A stretch of 62,780 nt of DNA, the filler included, from Asterionella formosa (taxonomy: Eukaryota): the NCBI GenBank assembly GCA_002256025.1. It is 32 parts of 32 records of this genome, joined end to end, with 100 filler letters (N's around TTAATTAATTAA, not from the genome) between each part and the next. Parts side by side here need not be neighbours in the genome. Positions count along the whole stretch, not along the records: positions 27,304 to 47,803 come from NKIB01003330.1; positions 47,904 to 49,166 come from NKIB01003331.1; positions 49,267 to 50,529 come from NKIB01003332.1; positions 50,630 to 51,891 come from NKIB01003334.1; 28 more parts are not named here. The stretch is one strand, 5' to 3'. Position 1 is the stretch's first letter. Each line of letters starts with the position of its first letter. The notes below the pieces were generated by a model. The model saw nothing but the letters and a program-made list of their open reading frames with translations. It had not been told where the DNA came from and searched no databases. Both the position numbers and the translations under genes were made by a program. Positions 37,692 through 50,630 of the stretch are shown piece after piece.

Positions 37692-39578
37692 TTAACCCTT
37701 GGGTGACTGTCGCTTGCCAAATGCTGCTCTCAGTGGAGATGCTAATAACCTTGGAGTTGGCGGACGAGATGCCATGGATGATGGAATAGCTTCCGAGTCG
37801 ATAAACACATCAATGGCTGACAGCTTGTCAGCAAACTTGGACAGCACTGCATTCGGATCCTTTGACTTTTTCATATTCTCCTTCAAATCTTTGCCCAAAT
37901 TGGCTACATTGTTCAAAGCCTGCTCCAATGTCAACACACGTTGCATTATTGCATACAATTTGGATTCCAAGATTACATTCTCACCACTATCAGATTTTAT
38001 CTTATCTTGTTCCATCTTGAATTTTTCCAAAACTTTCACAATGGGCTCCATCTTGGGGTTGTCCATAGCCTTGGCTTCAGCAAGTGGTGTGTAGCCAAAC
38101 CCATTCTTCACATTGATGCTTTCAGGGTAGGTTGTAAGCAAAATGCTGATCACATTTGCACTGCTTCCATTCTGACTGGCATAATGGATAGGTAGTTTGT
38201 CTTGGTCATCCTTAATTTGGGCAGCCCGTGGGTAGATTCGCAACAAGGTGCGGATAATGCGCTCACTGGCAGCCTTACGGCAGGCATGATGAAGAGCAGT
38301 TCGACCTTGATCATCCTTTTGCTGGGCTCCTTTTGGACTTGCCTTGAGCAATGAATCAATGACACCTTCCGGAGCACCTTTGCTAGCTGCATGGTGGATC
38401 GGAAGACGGCCTTCATCATCCTTGGACATGGCTCCCTTTGGAAAGGCAGCCAACAACGAATCAACAACACTCTGAGGAGCATTCTTCAAGGCTGCATAGT
38501 GGATCGGAAGTCTGCCTTCATCGTCCTTGTTCTGGGCGCACTTTGGCTGTGCCACAAGGAGGGCATTTACAACACCCTCAGGTGCTCCATAGAAGCTGGC
38601 ACAATGAAGGGGGGTCCAACCATCTTGATCTTTGGCTTTTGCACCTTCGGGATTTGCAGCAATCAGCGTTTCAATCAACGTGTCTGGAGGCGACAAGACA
38701 CACGCTTTATGGAGTGGCAAAAAGCGAAGATTCCCATTGAAGCCCTTGGTGACAATCCAGGTACTTGCTTCATCAGGAAAGGAGTTGGCCCGAGAAGTGG
38801 CGGCGGCCCAGTCCTTCTTCAAAATGAGCCTGAATAGAATGGTTCGATGCTCATAGTCCACTTCATTGGCGAACGGTTCATTTGTTCTGGGCGTACTCGA
38901 AATCCCGCCTGATCGAAAGTTGGAGGAACCAGACTTTTCGAATTCGTCTTGAAAGCGACGCATCGCTAGCTTGACAGCTTCCTTGTTTTGTGAACTAGAC
39001 TGTTCGACTAGCTCAACGGGAACACGTCCCTTGCGATCTTTGACACGAATCGATTGAGGAAACGAATTCAAGAGCGTCAGCACCACCCCCTTGCTAGCTC
39101 CATTTCGACAGGCAAGATGAACAGGCAACATGCCCTGGTCGTCCTTCATTTGAGGGCCGTCCGAATAGCAAGCAATCAAGGCTTCAATAAGAGCAAGCGG
39201 CGACCGGAAGATGCACGTGGCATGAATCGGTAGCAATCGCCAACGAGTCTGGACTCCATTCGACTCTTTGCGAGACACCCAAGTCTTGGCTTCAATGGGA
39301 TTGGCCTCCAATCTAGCGAGCGCTCCGTCCCAGTCCTTGCCTTCAATGCGACGGTAGAGCTCTGTCGCACCTTCGTCGTAGTCGACTTCGGGCTCATCGT
39401 GGCGACGGAAGGATCCCCTATTGACGTGCGCGAAACCAGAGCTCTCTCGTGTAATCGTGATGCCAGATATGCTCCCGGTGGCATGCATAGGATATTCATG
39501 GAACGTGTCGGATGTCATGACGGTGGAGAGTGGTTCAGGCTTTGGGGGCATCGGCATGTGGCAAAAGATAGAGCTCAT
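37692..39578 (-). CDS. Ankyrin-repeat protein with C-terminal coiled coil (about 628 aa; likely start MSSIFC)
   Basis: Repeated KDDEGRLPIHYA / KDQDGWTPLHCA motifs; duplicated EVDY...LY/FR.I..KDW module. The upstream 105 codons of the ORF look non-coding. Confidence 0.92.
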   Translation of the reverse strand: MSSIFCHMPMPPKPEPLSTVMTSDTFHEYPMHATGSISGITITRESSGFAHVNRGSFRRHDEPEVDYDEGATELYRRIEGKDWDGALARLEANPIEAKTWVSRKESNGVQTRWRLLPIHATCIFRSPLALIEALIACYSDGPQMKDDQGMLPVHLACRNGASKGVVLTLLNSFPQSIRVKDRKGRVPVELVEQSSSQNKEAVKLAMRRFQDEFEKSGSSNFRSGGISSTPRTNEPFANEVDYEHRTILFRLILKKDWAAATSRANSFPDEASTWIVTKGFNGNLRFLPLHKACVLSPPDTLIETLIAANPEGAKAKDQDGWTPLHCASFYGAPEGVVNALLVAQPKCAQNKDDEGRLPIHYAALKNAPQSVVDSLLAAFPKGAMSKDDEGRLPIHHAASKGAPEGVIDSLLKASPKGAQQKDDQGRTALHHACRKAASERIIRTLLRIYPRAAQIKDDQDKLPIHYASQNGSSANVISILLTTYPESINVKNGFGYTPLAEAKAMDNPKMEPIVKVLEKFKMEQDKIKSDSGENVILESKLYAIMQRVLTLEQALNNVANLGKDLKENMKKSKDPNAVLSKFADKLSAIDVFIDSEAIPSSMASRPPTPRLLASPLRAAFGKRQSPKG

Positions 39579-40573
39579 CGTGTTCTGTTGACCTGGTCTG
39601 TTGTAACCTTGCTTGTACACTGCTACAATGTTCAACTGACGAGGAAGTGAGTGAACACCTGAAAGGATATATGTGTTTCTTTTCGTTATTGGCGAAGATT
39701 GGGACTTCGCCAATTTTGTGAGGCATTGGTTTTCTTTCGCCAAGTGTCCACCAACAATGCCTATAGTACCTGGAAACTGCGTAGAACATACTCTAGGGTT
39801 CATGTAACAAATGTTAATATCAAACACGTATATGTATGCTATATTAAGGCGATTTTTTTGCCCTGTGTTCCCAATAGTATTACCGGTACACAACTAGCCC
39901 TTGCATTCCCCGTGTATGTACCCCCGTGCATATGTAAGATCGATCAACCGGTACATTACCAAGGGTACCTGGTACAAGTACCCAATACCAGGCAGTAGCA
40001 GGTAGGTAACAGGATACTGTTGAAGGTCCGGTAAAACAGGTTTTTACTTTGGAAAAGATTAAGCTAGATATATTTCGAGTACCGGACCCTCCTTGGTACG
40101 GGTACCTGGTACCCTGGTACCACCAGGTACCAATCAGAGCACAAGCATTATTCATACGACATCTATCAGACATGTGCAGACTTTTCCGTTTTTTTGAACC
40201 AAACAGGATACACATGCAACCTTCGCCGTACCTGGGACCGTAGTCAAACGTTGTTATTTTCCGGGTTGTTTTAGCCTGATTTTCATATAGGTAAACCTTT
40301 CTTTTTCGAGTTTCGCCGAAGTTTTAGTTAGAGTCTCTCAACAAGTGTCTATAGTAGTACTACCGGTGCGGTACTTTATGTTACTCCTTTCTGTTTTTGG
40401 AAAAGTTGGCCCTAAAAAAATTATCAATCAAATCTTATAGTACGTTAAAACTATCCAATAGGTAGATGAATAAACAGACACAATTAGTAGGAGTACCGGT
40501 TTTATTCGTCCGTACAGTACAACGGGACCTGTCTTTTCGTCAGCCTCACCCCCCGGAACCCTAGGGACTACAT

Positions 40574-40659
40574 AAAAAAGACAGGTCGAGAATGCAGGAA
40601 TCGAACCTGCCACTGCAACATGTGTTAACCACTAAGCCATTCCCCTGGAAAAATCGACC
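40574..40659 (-). ncRNA. tRNA-like Pol III unit or SINE head lacking a normal anticodon arm
   Basis: A box TGGCTTAGTGG, T arm GCAGG-TTCGATT-CCTGC (B box), T6 terminator; partial second copy at 2344-2379. Confidence 0.6.
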
Positions 40660-41719
40660 ATTCAGATACCCCTCAAGCACAATATAGCATGAGAAAGCCA
40701 CTACCGGTAGCAATGTAAAATCAACCACCAGCTGATTGACAATGGCAGTGCTTTTTGTTGCATTGGTGAACTAATGAGCAGGTAGTATAATGAAAACAAA
40801 CTAAAGGAATTAATTATTTGATACTAACATATCATGTTTTGAGGCACTTTCACAATCTGACAGATCTGTAGGACATTTGCTAGGCATAATTTCATGCAAT
40901 GGCATTTCAAAAATTGATCTCCAAACAATCCATCTGTAAATTGCAATTTGCCACACCTCCAAAACTACTACACTTGTCCATTAAAATACCTGTTTGATGC
41001 TTCCCCTTTCCTTGCTGCTGCTCTGATGATTGTTGTGTTTCTTGAAATCTCCGCAAATTGGTTCCTTGTCTGATTGCCATTGTCCGTCTTCCAGGATGTT
41101 TCTTGGACTTTCAATAGCTATGCCAGTCTGCTTGCAAGTCCACCCCTATTCCTTGTACTGTTGTTACAGCTGCTTCCGCAAGAACGGCGAGGTGGTATGG
41201 AAATGGAAAACTGGAGTGAGATTCTGGTGGACAAAGATGTGTGCTTCAATATCCAGTCTGCTGGTTCTTGTCACTTACAGTTAGAGAGTACCTCAGTTTG
41301 TTTGCCACATGAGGGACGACAGGAACAATTGTTTCCCTCACCTCCAAGCTGCTACTACCTAGACCCAACAACAATCAACCGGTCTGATGTTCTTGTGAGA
41401 CACCAAATAAATACAAAAAAGATGACAGTTGACAAAGAAACAATGACAAGCATTCAGGTGATGTGTGACAATGGAATATTTATGGTTGTGGTGCATGATC
41501 TAGCACCACTCTTGTTCCCTGTGCTTATGTACTAACTAGCTTTACTGTGTTGTGATGTTAGAGAGAACAAAGCCTACAAAGGTTTCTACAAACAGACATA
41601 GCTATGAGTGATGAAACTCTGAAATTATCAAATTGCCATGATTTGCGATTTTCGACTTCTTCATCTCTTGGCAAATCTTGGCAGCATTCTAGACTTAAGC
41701 TTTCCCACCACTCTCCTTA

Positions 41720-41910
41720 CTGTCCCACGTGGTCTTGCCTAGTGTGCAAGAAATAGAGGGTTTGCCCTGGCCCTTCAAGCAGCTTGTGCCACCTTCCTAG
41801 TAGCGGCAGGGGGTCAGAGTTTCCCCTAATGCTGCAGCAAAGATGATCACCTTTCACAAAAGGTGGTTGGGGACACTCACAAGACTTCCCTAGAAACAGG
41901 AGTAGGAATT
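41720..41910 (+). repeat. Second copy of the dispersed repeat at 2080-2330
   Basis: Block-wise similarity including the CACCTTT-N4-AAAGGTG palindrome. Confidence 0.8.
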
Positions 41911-42111
41911 GGCTGTACAACAGATTACAGTATCATTTTGTACTACCGGTACTGCATATAGATATTGTTATGAATTAATACATTCATTAACATATATCAA
42001 ATGCATGCTATGTTTTAGTACCGGTATGTGGTTTGGTTGGGAGAATGGTGTTCCCTGGACTCCCCCATACGATACACTGTTCCATATGTAACAGGAGTAG
42101 CTACCACGGTA

Positions 42112-42386
42112 CTCCTCTGTTCGAAAATACTGGTCGTAGTCGGCCGTTGCGGCGATTTTAAAAAATTTTCCGGGACCATTTCGACCACTCCTACATGTTT
42201 TTCCGGCATTTAAATTTACTAAGAAATGTGCCGGTAGGAACATGTACCGTTATTACACAAGGTTTCATAGGTTTTTGGACGGTACAAATTAGTGAAATTG
42301 AGCCGGAGAAAATCGTAGGAGTCAAAATGGCCCCGGGAAAATTTAAAGAATCGCCGCAACTACCGGTTTTTTTTGTCCAGAGGGAA
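42112..42386. mobile_element. Stowaway-like (Tc1/mariner) foldback MITE
   Basis: TA then CTCCTCTGTTC start and CAGAGGGA end; long imperfect inverted arms (GTTGCGGCGATT / AATCGCCGCAAC, ACTCCTAC / GTAGGAGT). A similar terminus TA-CTCCCTCTGTTC lies near 8826. Confidence 0.8.
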
Positions 42387-43257
42387 TGTCATAGTATCCT
42401 TGATGGTACCTTGTGCCTGGTACTCCTCATGAGACTTTTGGAACAGCGGCACCGTCCAAGCAAAGAAGGATGAATGCTGCGCAGCACCATTCGGTCATTT
42501 TGGCGGGTCACTCCTGGTCATTTCTTTTACGAATAGAAAATGCTGATAATGACTCCCTGTACCAGCATACTGACTGCCGCGGCTACCAAGGTACCGCTTA
42601 GTAGGAGGTGTGTATCTATCGTAGCCTTCCTGTGCTGACGATTGTTAATCATTCAGCATGATATGTACCAGTACCTGGTAGGTATCATACCACGACTCTT
42701 TTGCTCCAGCAACGTCATTCTGGTCGTGGAATTTTCATCACTAAATAACTAAAAAGAAGAACCGGTGTCTAAATTTCCCATCATGATGACCGCATATAGG
42801 TTAATAATCACAATGAACTGTTCTATGAAACGGTATATAAGCAAGAAAATTCGATCAGATCCCGTGTTGTTCAGCTAGTATGCATGTAGCGTTGGTACTA
42901 TTTCATGTACCTCGGACATGGATCTGTTCTTCACTGCCGGTATCATTCCTTTAAAAATACCCCAGTGCTTAGAATTCACACGTAGAGTCTCAGAACACTG
43001 TCGTCATGGCAAAACTCACAGAATCAATAAGAATTATAGTCTTAAACGGACCGAACCACCTTTTTAGTGGTGACCGGACACAAATTTGAGACGGACACGT
43101 CGTATTTAGGCAGTAGTCAATCAAACTAGTACGGTACATCGGTATGTCTATAATTCATATAGATACTGTACATATATAGTATATGATAGGAAAACCAATT
43201 CAGATCAGACCAGATCAGATCCACAACAACAACACAAGCATCTGATCAACGAGCACC

Positions 43258-46200
43258 ATGAGCAGTCGACGCCGCCATGTTGTCCCTCCAATATCTGCCT
43301 TTCAGTCTCTACCACTAAGTTTGCCAAGCAACAATAGTAGCAAGAGCATCAGCCCCCGAAGCAATTGCAGCAGCAAGAGCCCCCACAGCAGCAGCAAGAG
43401 TAAACGAACCAAGTCCACCTCGAGCAAGCGACAAAGCAAGGCGCTGGAACAACAGAAGCAACAATCTCATCCATCAACAACTAAAACTCCCATTGATCCT
43501 TTCGAATCGCTATTACTACTCAACCATAGCGGTGATGATGAAGAGGACGAGGACGAGGAACAGGATGGTGCCAGTATCATTTCATCAGAACAGAGTTCGT
43601 GCACCAGTGCTAGTAACTGTACTACTGTGAGTACTGCCACTACTGTTGTGACGAGCAACTTTCGTAGACACTGGAGTACAAACAACGACGACAGCAACAA
43701 CGACGACAACAACGACAGCGACAGCAATACCAAAACAACACTATATGAAACATCCTGTTTCGCATCCTTCGTCATGATTTTTGCATCGCCTACTGCCATC
43801 AAGTCGAACAATCCACCTCCACTTGCAGTTGTCAAGGGACTTTGGAGTCAAGTTGTACTTCCACCCCTCATGATCCATGAAACGAAAATACCTGAACTGG
43901 TAGCTCAAGATGTATGGAAAGTACTTTCCACACAATTGGGATACCTACAATTGACTACCAATGGACGAGTTTGCATTTCGACGAATACAAACACTACTAC
44001 TATATCTAGGACTGCTATTGACATTTGCAACTATGGTCAAGAATTGGCTGCAGAATTGGGATTGAATTGGGAATTGCCTTTCGTCATGTATTTGAAGGAT
44101 GCATTAATGATGGTGAACAACGACACCGACAATAATAGTCCTACAGCCACTGCCTTCACCATGACCAACAGTCATCATGATATACGGTATTATGCTGCCG
44201 AAGAATTGATGAACAGGTTATTGGCATTGAAACAAGTCAAGGAAGCAGGCAAATTATTGCATCAACCAAGTTTTGCTAGGTTATTGATGCTACTATACCT
44301 CAAGGATGATACTACTACTACTAGTAGTAGTAGTAGTACAAATATTTTGCAACTGACTCAACACATGACAACATGGATTGAACAGTATTTGAGATTGCTT
44401 CCATCAACGCATTCAGTATGGCAAGAAGCATTGGGACTATATCAAGGTTGGCACAGAATTCTAGTTCAAGAATGGAACAATGTATTGGCAAAGACGACTC
44501 CTACTAGTACAACTACTACTCCTCCTACTACTACTGCTTCTCCAACAGTATCACAACCAATGGCACCCAAGTTCCTTATCCTTGGTAGAGCCATGTTTAC
44601 ACTCAGCATGTCATTGGATTCCATTTTAGTGGTCCACCCGACCGCTGACCCATACATGAAAGTATTGTGGGTTCGCCAATTTGCATACATGGTGGAATCA
44701 CTTAAACTTTTTGGACATGTCAATGGTGATCATCCTATTGCTATGATTCTATCAGCAGCCTCATGGATTTCATTGAGTGAGACATGTGCCACTTTGAACG
44801 AAAGTGGCATGGAACATACCGTTTGTATTTCAAATGGTGTTTTAGACGAACAAGAGGATGGAGGTGAAGGAGAAAAAGGTGATGAGCAAGTCAAGTGTTT
44901 GAAAATGGCACTAACCCTGTTGAAGAAATCGCACATGGTACCACAATTGGAATTACACGTCATGATATTGTTAGCGGAAGCCAAGGATTGTTTGGGACGG
45001 TGGATGTACGATCGAGGACAATATGTACAAGCCATTGTGCCCTTGGAAGAAACGGTAAAAGTGATTCGTCAAATTTTAGTTAATTTACGTGACGCGGCTA
45101 CACCAACATCGCCGTCGTCGTCAAGCTTGTTTCGATGGGTCAGACCTGCCGCTCACTCAGTGCAACAGCAGCAGCCGCAACTAAGTCATTCCAAGATTGA
45201 GGAGTTCGACGACCTGAGAATTCAACTATGTTTGAAAAAGCCAACAGATGGGACTGCACAACAGATTGCAGAAATGGAAGTCGGATTAAGTGGTTCGCTG
45301 GAATATCTTGCCCTCGCTCTTCACGCTTCTGGGCAATCCTTATTGGCTCTTACATATCTCGAAGAAGCAATTACTCTCAAATATGCACATCTTGGAAAAC
45401 ATTCCTTGGAACTGGCTCGCATCCATGCTGCAATGGCGGTCGTCCACGATGACTTGGAGCAGTGGGAAGAAGGTCTTTCAAGATGTCGAAACTGTCTTCG
45501 CATACGAATGCATCATTTGTCCCAATTTCCACATGCAGAGTGGTTTTCCAAGCACGAAGAACTCTTTCGAGGCATTTTGGAGAACATACGAAGCATGGGA
45601 AACTTCCATCGTATGTTAGGTGATCATGACAATGCGATTGGATGTTATTGGAAAATCGCCGCCATGTCACGAAAAGAATGGGAAAACCAACAAAATGATC
45701 CTGCCATTAAAACTGTATTTTGTGGATTCGAGGATCATCGTCACATGGGCCAAGACTTTCGAATCAACTTACCCTTGCCTGCGTTGGTATTTGATGAAGA
45801 GCGATACACCATGCCAGGAAAGTCTCCCTCCATGACGAAGCGCATAACCGAAAGACCGGAATCGTTTAAGCCTGACGCAACTGATGAAGAGAATGCAGTG
45901 TTGCGTGAAGCTGCTCAAGCATATCAGACTATTTTGTCGCTTTTCAAGGATAAGGTTTTTGCATTGGGCGAGAAGACCGGGTCGGTCAACCTTGCCAGCG
46001 CCATTCCCATCGACGATGTTCCAGTACTGCTGGTGGCTTCATGTCAACTAGGCTTCATTCATATTCATTTCGGAGATTATCGATCTGCTATTTCTAGTTT
46101 ACAGCATTGTTTGGAATGCTTATGGATTTTGGATTCTGCGCATTCTGGAAGTTCAGGGTCTGATTCCTATGATTCTCAGTCTGACATTGAGCAGGATGAA

Positions 46201-47803
46201 CAGCAAAAGTCAAAGCGCAAGAAGACTCAAGTATTACATGGTATATTTGGCCATGCGACTGAAGTCATTGATGGTGAACTTATTTTTCACGCCTTGGGCA
46301 TTTGTCGCGCTGCGTGTGGGGAGTTCGATCAAGCAGTTCGCTTTCATCTAACAGCCCTTCGATATGCTCAATCCGTGTATGGAGTGAATTCATTGCGCGC
46401 TTCCGAAATTCTGTATGACGCAGCAGTTAGCTATTGGTACCTTCATGAGTATGAAAAGGCACTAGAGTTCTGGTTATGTTCTGCTCAAATTCTCACGAGT
46501 AATAAGGAGAAGGAGAAGAAATACGAAAATTCCGGTGTTAACAGCTTGGGTGCTCACGATGTTGACACTTCAATGGACAACATTCAGCTCGCCAAGATCT
46601 CCTATAATATGGGGGCATGTTGTTGCGCCATGGGCAAGTACGATAATCCCAAAACTCTGGCAATGTTCTCGGAAGCAATGGAATTCTTTGGAGTGAATGC
46701 GAAGTTCCGGATTGCTAAAGCAAACTGCTTGTTTTACATTTCCGTCATTGACTTTCGTCATGCCAGTCAGTCTCGCAACAGTAGCTTGATGGTGTCAGCT
46801 AGAAATAAGCTGCAGCAAGCAGTAAGAATATACAGAGCAAACGGCTATCTCAGGCAACACAATCAAAATTTGCCTCATCAAGTTCTACAGGCTCACATTC
46901 GATTCATGCAAGGACGAATCTCGTTCGATCAAGGCAAATTAAAAGAAGCGTCCGGTTCATACACCATCGCCTTGAATTTGTATCGGGAATTGTCGAAAGA
47001 CTGGGAGCTGCATGAAGCTAACGTTCTAAACGAATTAGGAAGGCTTCACATGAAGTTGATGCTTAACGATGTCGCTTTGAAGTATTTTGGGGAATCTTTG
47101 GCAATTCGTCGAGATTGTCTTGGAAGTGACCATGAAGCTGTTGGCAAGACATTGTATCACATGGCTGATATATATGCAAGAATGGATCAATTTGGAACCA
47201 GCATGCAAACTTACAATGAATCCCTTCGAATCCAGCTTCGAGCAGAAGGAAATGAGAGTGCGGCGGTGGCAATGACTCTTCTCAAGATGGGAGCACTGTA
47301 TGCAAGACACAACCTTCTCAATGAAGCGTTGGAAAAACTTCATGGCTCCGTTCGCATTCGCAGAGACCGAGCTATGCGTGTGGGCATGACAGCAAGGGGG
47401 GCATCGAACATTGATTTGGCAGAGGATTTCTTGAATATCATGAATAATGGCCATGGAATTCGTGATGAACAAGATCTTGTCCGACAAGCTCTTCACACAG
47501 AGGCGATAAAGGAAGAAATCGCCCTCGCGATTGCTTATCATTGCTTGGGGAATTTATATGTAAAGAAGAATGATTATACCCTCGCAAAGGAAAGTTATCA
47601 AAACTCTCTCCTCGTCAGACGGCGGCATCCTGTGAAGCTGGTCATTGCAACAGAAGGACATAAGATGCATGCTGCCGACACTTTGCACAATCTGGGGTGC
47701 ATTTACGAACTTGAAGGGACTTACGATATGGCATTGAAGTATTATGTCATTTCCCTAAAGTTGAAGCAAGGTTACAAAGTCCTTGTATCGACTGGATCTG
47801 AAG
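43258..47803 (+). CDS. Large TPR-repeat protein, 3'-partial
   Basis: Over 1500 codons open; kinesin-light-chain-like TPRs (ALKYFGESLAIRRDCLGSDHEAVGKTLYHMA; AADTLHNLG); Ser/Thr-rich N-terminus. Confidence 0.92.
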
Positions 47804-47903
47804 NNNNNNNNNNNNNNNNNNNNNNNNNNNNNNNNNNNNNNNNNNNNTTAATTAATTAANNNNNNNNNNNNNNNNNNNNNNNNNNNNNNNNNNNNNNNNN
47901 NNN

Positions 47904-48437
47904 TCTATTCTTTCCTGCCTTCCATTTGCTTGTGTTTCTTATCGAGTCGGAGATGCCATAGATACAATAATTCGGACGGAAACATCCGCAGAAGACGCCC
48001 TGCGCCACCAAATGCCAATCTTTGGCGTGTCGTCCACTGCCGGATTTGACGTATCCGAGAAATTTGCCCTTGCGTTTGAAGAAGGTCTACGGCCTCTCCC
48101 TTTTATTTCTGCTGAAATTTTGGACAAATTAGAAGTGATATTTGTTTACTCGAAATCAGGAACTATTCACTCTATCTCCAGCACGCCGCATATAGGAGAT
48201 AACAAAAGCAAGCATGTCAGGGTGCACTACAAGTGGATCGAAGAAGAAGACGTGGATATTGTGGGAGCAGGTGCTGTCATGTTTATTGCTACCTTCCTTG
48301 CGACGATTACAATGCTCATTCAAGCTTGTGCTGATACATCATTCGACGACGAAGATGATCATCGTCGTGGTGGCTCATCCCACGGTAGTTCATTAGGCAG
48401 CGGAGGAGCTGCTTTCGGTGTCCCTAAGTGGGATTAG
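47904..48437 (+). CDS. Uncharacterised single-pass membrane protein, 5'-partial
   Basis: Frame open from the contig edge (..PFACVSYRVGD); TM segment GAGAVMFIATFLATITMLI; ends VPKWD. Confidence 0.75.
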   Translation, partial: SILSCLPFACVSYRVGDAIDTIIRTETSAEDALRHQMPIFGVSSTAGFDVSEKFALAFEEGLRPLPFISAEILDKLEVIFVYSKSGTIHSISSTPHIGDNKSKHVRVHYKWIEEEDVDIVGAGAVMFIATFLATITMLIQACADTSFDDEDDHRRGGSSHGSSLGSGGAAFGVPKWD

Positions 48438-48851
48438 TATAGGGCAACGAATATTAAATTTATGTAGATGCGAAGACAAAAAAGGTTGGCTTTATGATTT
48501 TTTCTCCTGTCAAATTGAGATCACTTCACTTCGTCGAGCATAGCAGAACTACTACATCGTCGATGAGCCCTCCAGGAAAAGAAATGCACAATCCAGCAAA
48601 TGATTGAACAAGAAATAATCATGTGTCACTATGACAGAAAAGATGTAATACCACTGCACAATCCAGTTAATGGTTGAATAAATAGTAATCATGTGCCACT
48701 ATGACAGAAAAGCTTTCATGGCGTCTGCGATGTCGCTCCGTTGCTGCTCTTGATAGCCATACCTATCGAAAAACTTGGTCCAGTACTTTGTCATGACGTT
48801 AGTCGTATAGCCTTCTCAATTGTTCTCCCAATACAGATCTAATCAACTTAC

Positions 48852-49166
48852 CTCCACCAAAGAAGGCTCCGAATCGATATTTTTATTCTCTGTTGCAGCT
48901 GCATAGATGGCCTTGCCATTACGTTCTACTTCAGGATTGTAGTTCAACGCCACTAATATCTTCAACGCTCGAACTGCTGTCTTGCGAGAATTAATTTGCA
49001 ACTCAGCTTGTTTGTGAATGGTAGACATGGCAATTGGCATGATAACGTTCATACAACTAATTGCCACTAGATCCGACTGGTCGTCAATGGACATCATGGC
49101 AGCATTAACTAATGCTGGTACCTGTTCCAAATCAGCTGGTCCATCGGCCTTTGTAAGATAGTTGGC
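48852..49166 (-). CDS. Exon of an unknown helical protein (partial)
   Basis: Open frame from the gap ending at a GAG-GTAAGT splice donor. Confidence 0.55.
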
Positions 49167-49983
49167 NNNNNNNNNNNNNNNNNNNNNNNNNNNNNNNNNN
49201 NNNNNNNNNNTTAATTAATTAANNNNNNNNNNNNNNNNNNNNNNNNNNNNNNNNNNNNNNNNNNNNAATCAACTGAGAAAAAAGGAAATGTGGCTGCGTT
49301 TAGTTAACAATTTGTTGTTGTCCTGCCTGCCTCCCAACGATTGTCATCCAAGTACCACATTGATGGCTTCATTACCTTAAACATTCTCCATCCTTCGAAG
49401 GCCCAATGTATCGAAGTCACAATGTTTTTCGTAATGTATTGCGAAAACTTTCTTTTCTTGTCATGTGCTTTACTACGACGTATCTTTTCATGAAGTAGCA
49501 GGCATTGTTTGTTAACATGACAGAACGATTTGAAAAATATATAGGCCATGAATATAGTAATAAAATTTGTAAATATATATATATATATTAAGTGTTATAC
49601 ATTTTATAAAATTCAAAGGCGCTCTCGATATAGAACATCTGATATGGTTGAGATGATCATACTCGCATATACATAATTCGAAAATACTCAATGCACTATA
49701 TGTCCATTGTTTTCCACGACTACGTGTACCGGTATTTGTTCTGAAATTTGTTTGCATCGATATTTTCTACGTCCGTTGAAACTAATTATTTAGACCGTTC
49801 AAATGCCGCAAGGGTTTTGGTAGCAAATTGTTTAAGCCCCTTTTTTGGGCGGGAGCTCTTCATGTGTACCGGTACATCATATGACAATAACAATGTATCA
49901 TTTATACATACAGGGTACCAGCAGCAGGTAGTAAGTGATATACTGGCTGGGGGTAGCCGGAGTAGTGCCGGTAAACTAGCAAC

Positions 49984-50390
49984 AGAACACCATATGTTCA
50001 GGAATGTTGCTACTGCAGTGGGACAGTAAATCATCATAGTTTTAGGATCGTATGATCGTAAAATTATGATCCAAAAGAACACCATATGTTCATGACTGTT
50101 GCTGCTGCAGTGGGACAGTAAATCATCATAGTTTTAGGATCGTATGATCATAAAACTAAAAACAAATAGAACACCATATGTTCATGACTGTTGCAATTAC
50201 AGTGGGACAGTAAATCATCATAGTTTTAGGATTGTATGATCGTGAAACTGAAAAGCGGTACCGGTAGTCGGAGTAATAAGCAAGCAATAGAACACCATAG
50301 TAAGTCATCATAGTTTTAGGATTGTATAAATAGAACACCATATACATATGTCTATGACTGCTGCTACTACAGCGGGACAGTACCGGTAAA
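49984..50390 (+). repeat. Degenerate tandem repeat of about 93 bp
   Basis: AGAACACCATATGTTCA...GGGACAGTAAATCATCATAGTTTTAGGAT recurs 4-5 times. Confidence 0.85.
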
Positions 50391-50630
50391 TGAATTTAAG
50401 ATCATCGAACTTTAAGGAAGACAACGACAACAGCTGGTCGTGTGGCCGTTGCTGGTCCACTTTTAATGGCCGAAGAAGGAAGCGACGAAAAGATCACCAT
50501 TACGAGCGGAACGAGAGAAATCGCTTACGNNNNNNNNNNNNNNNNNNNNNNNNNNNNNNNNNNNNNNNNNNNNTTAATTAATTAANNNNNNNNNNNNNNN
50601 NNNNNNNNNNNNNNNNNNNNNNNNNNNNNT

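Noticed and set aside
39579..39893. N-terminal 105-aa extension of the ankyrin ORF
   Set aside because: Non-ATG start and intergenic-like composition; the ATG at 39578 is more plausible.
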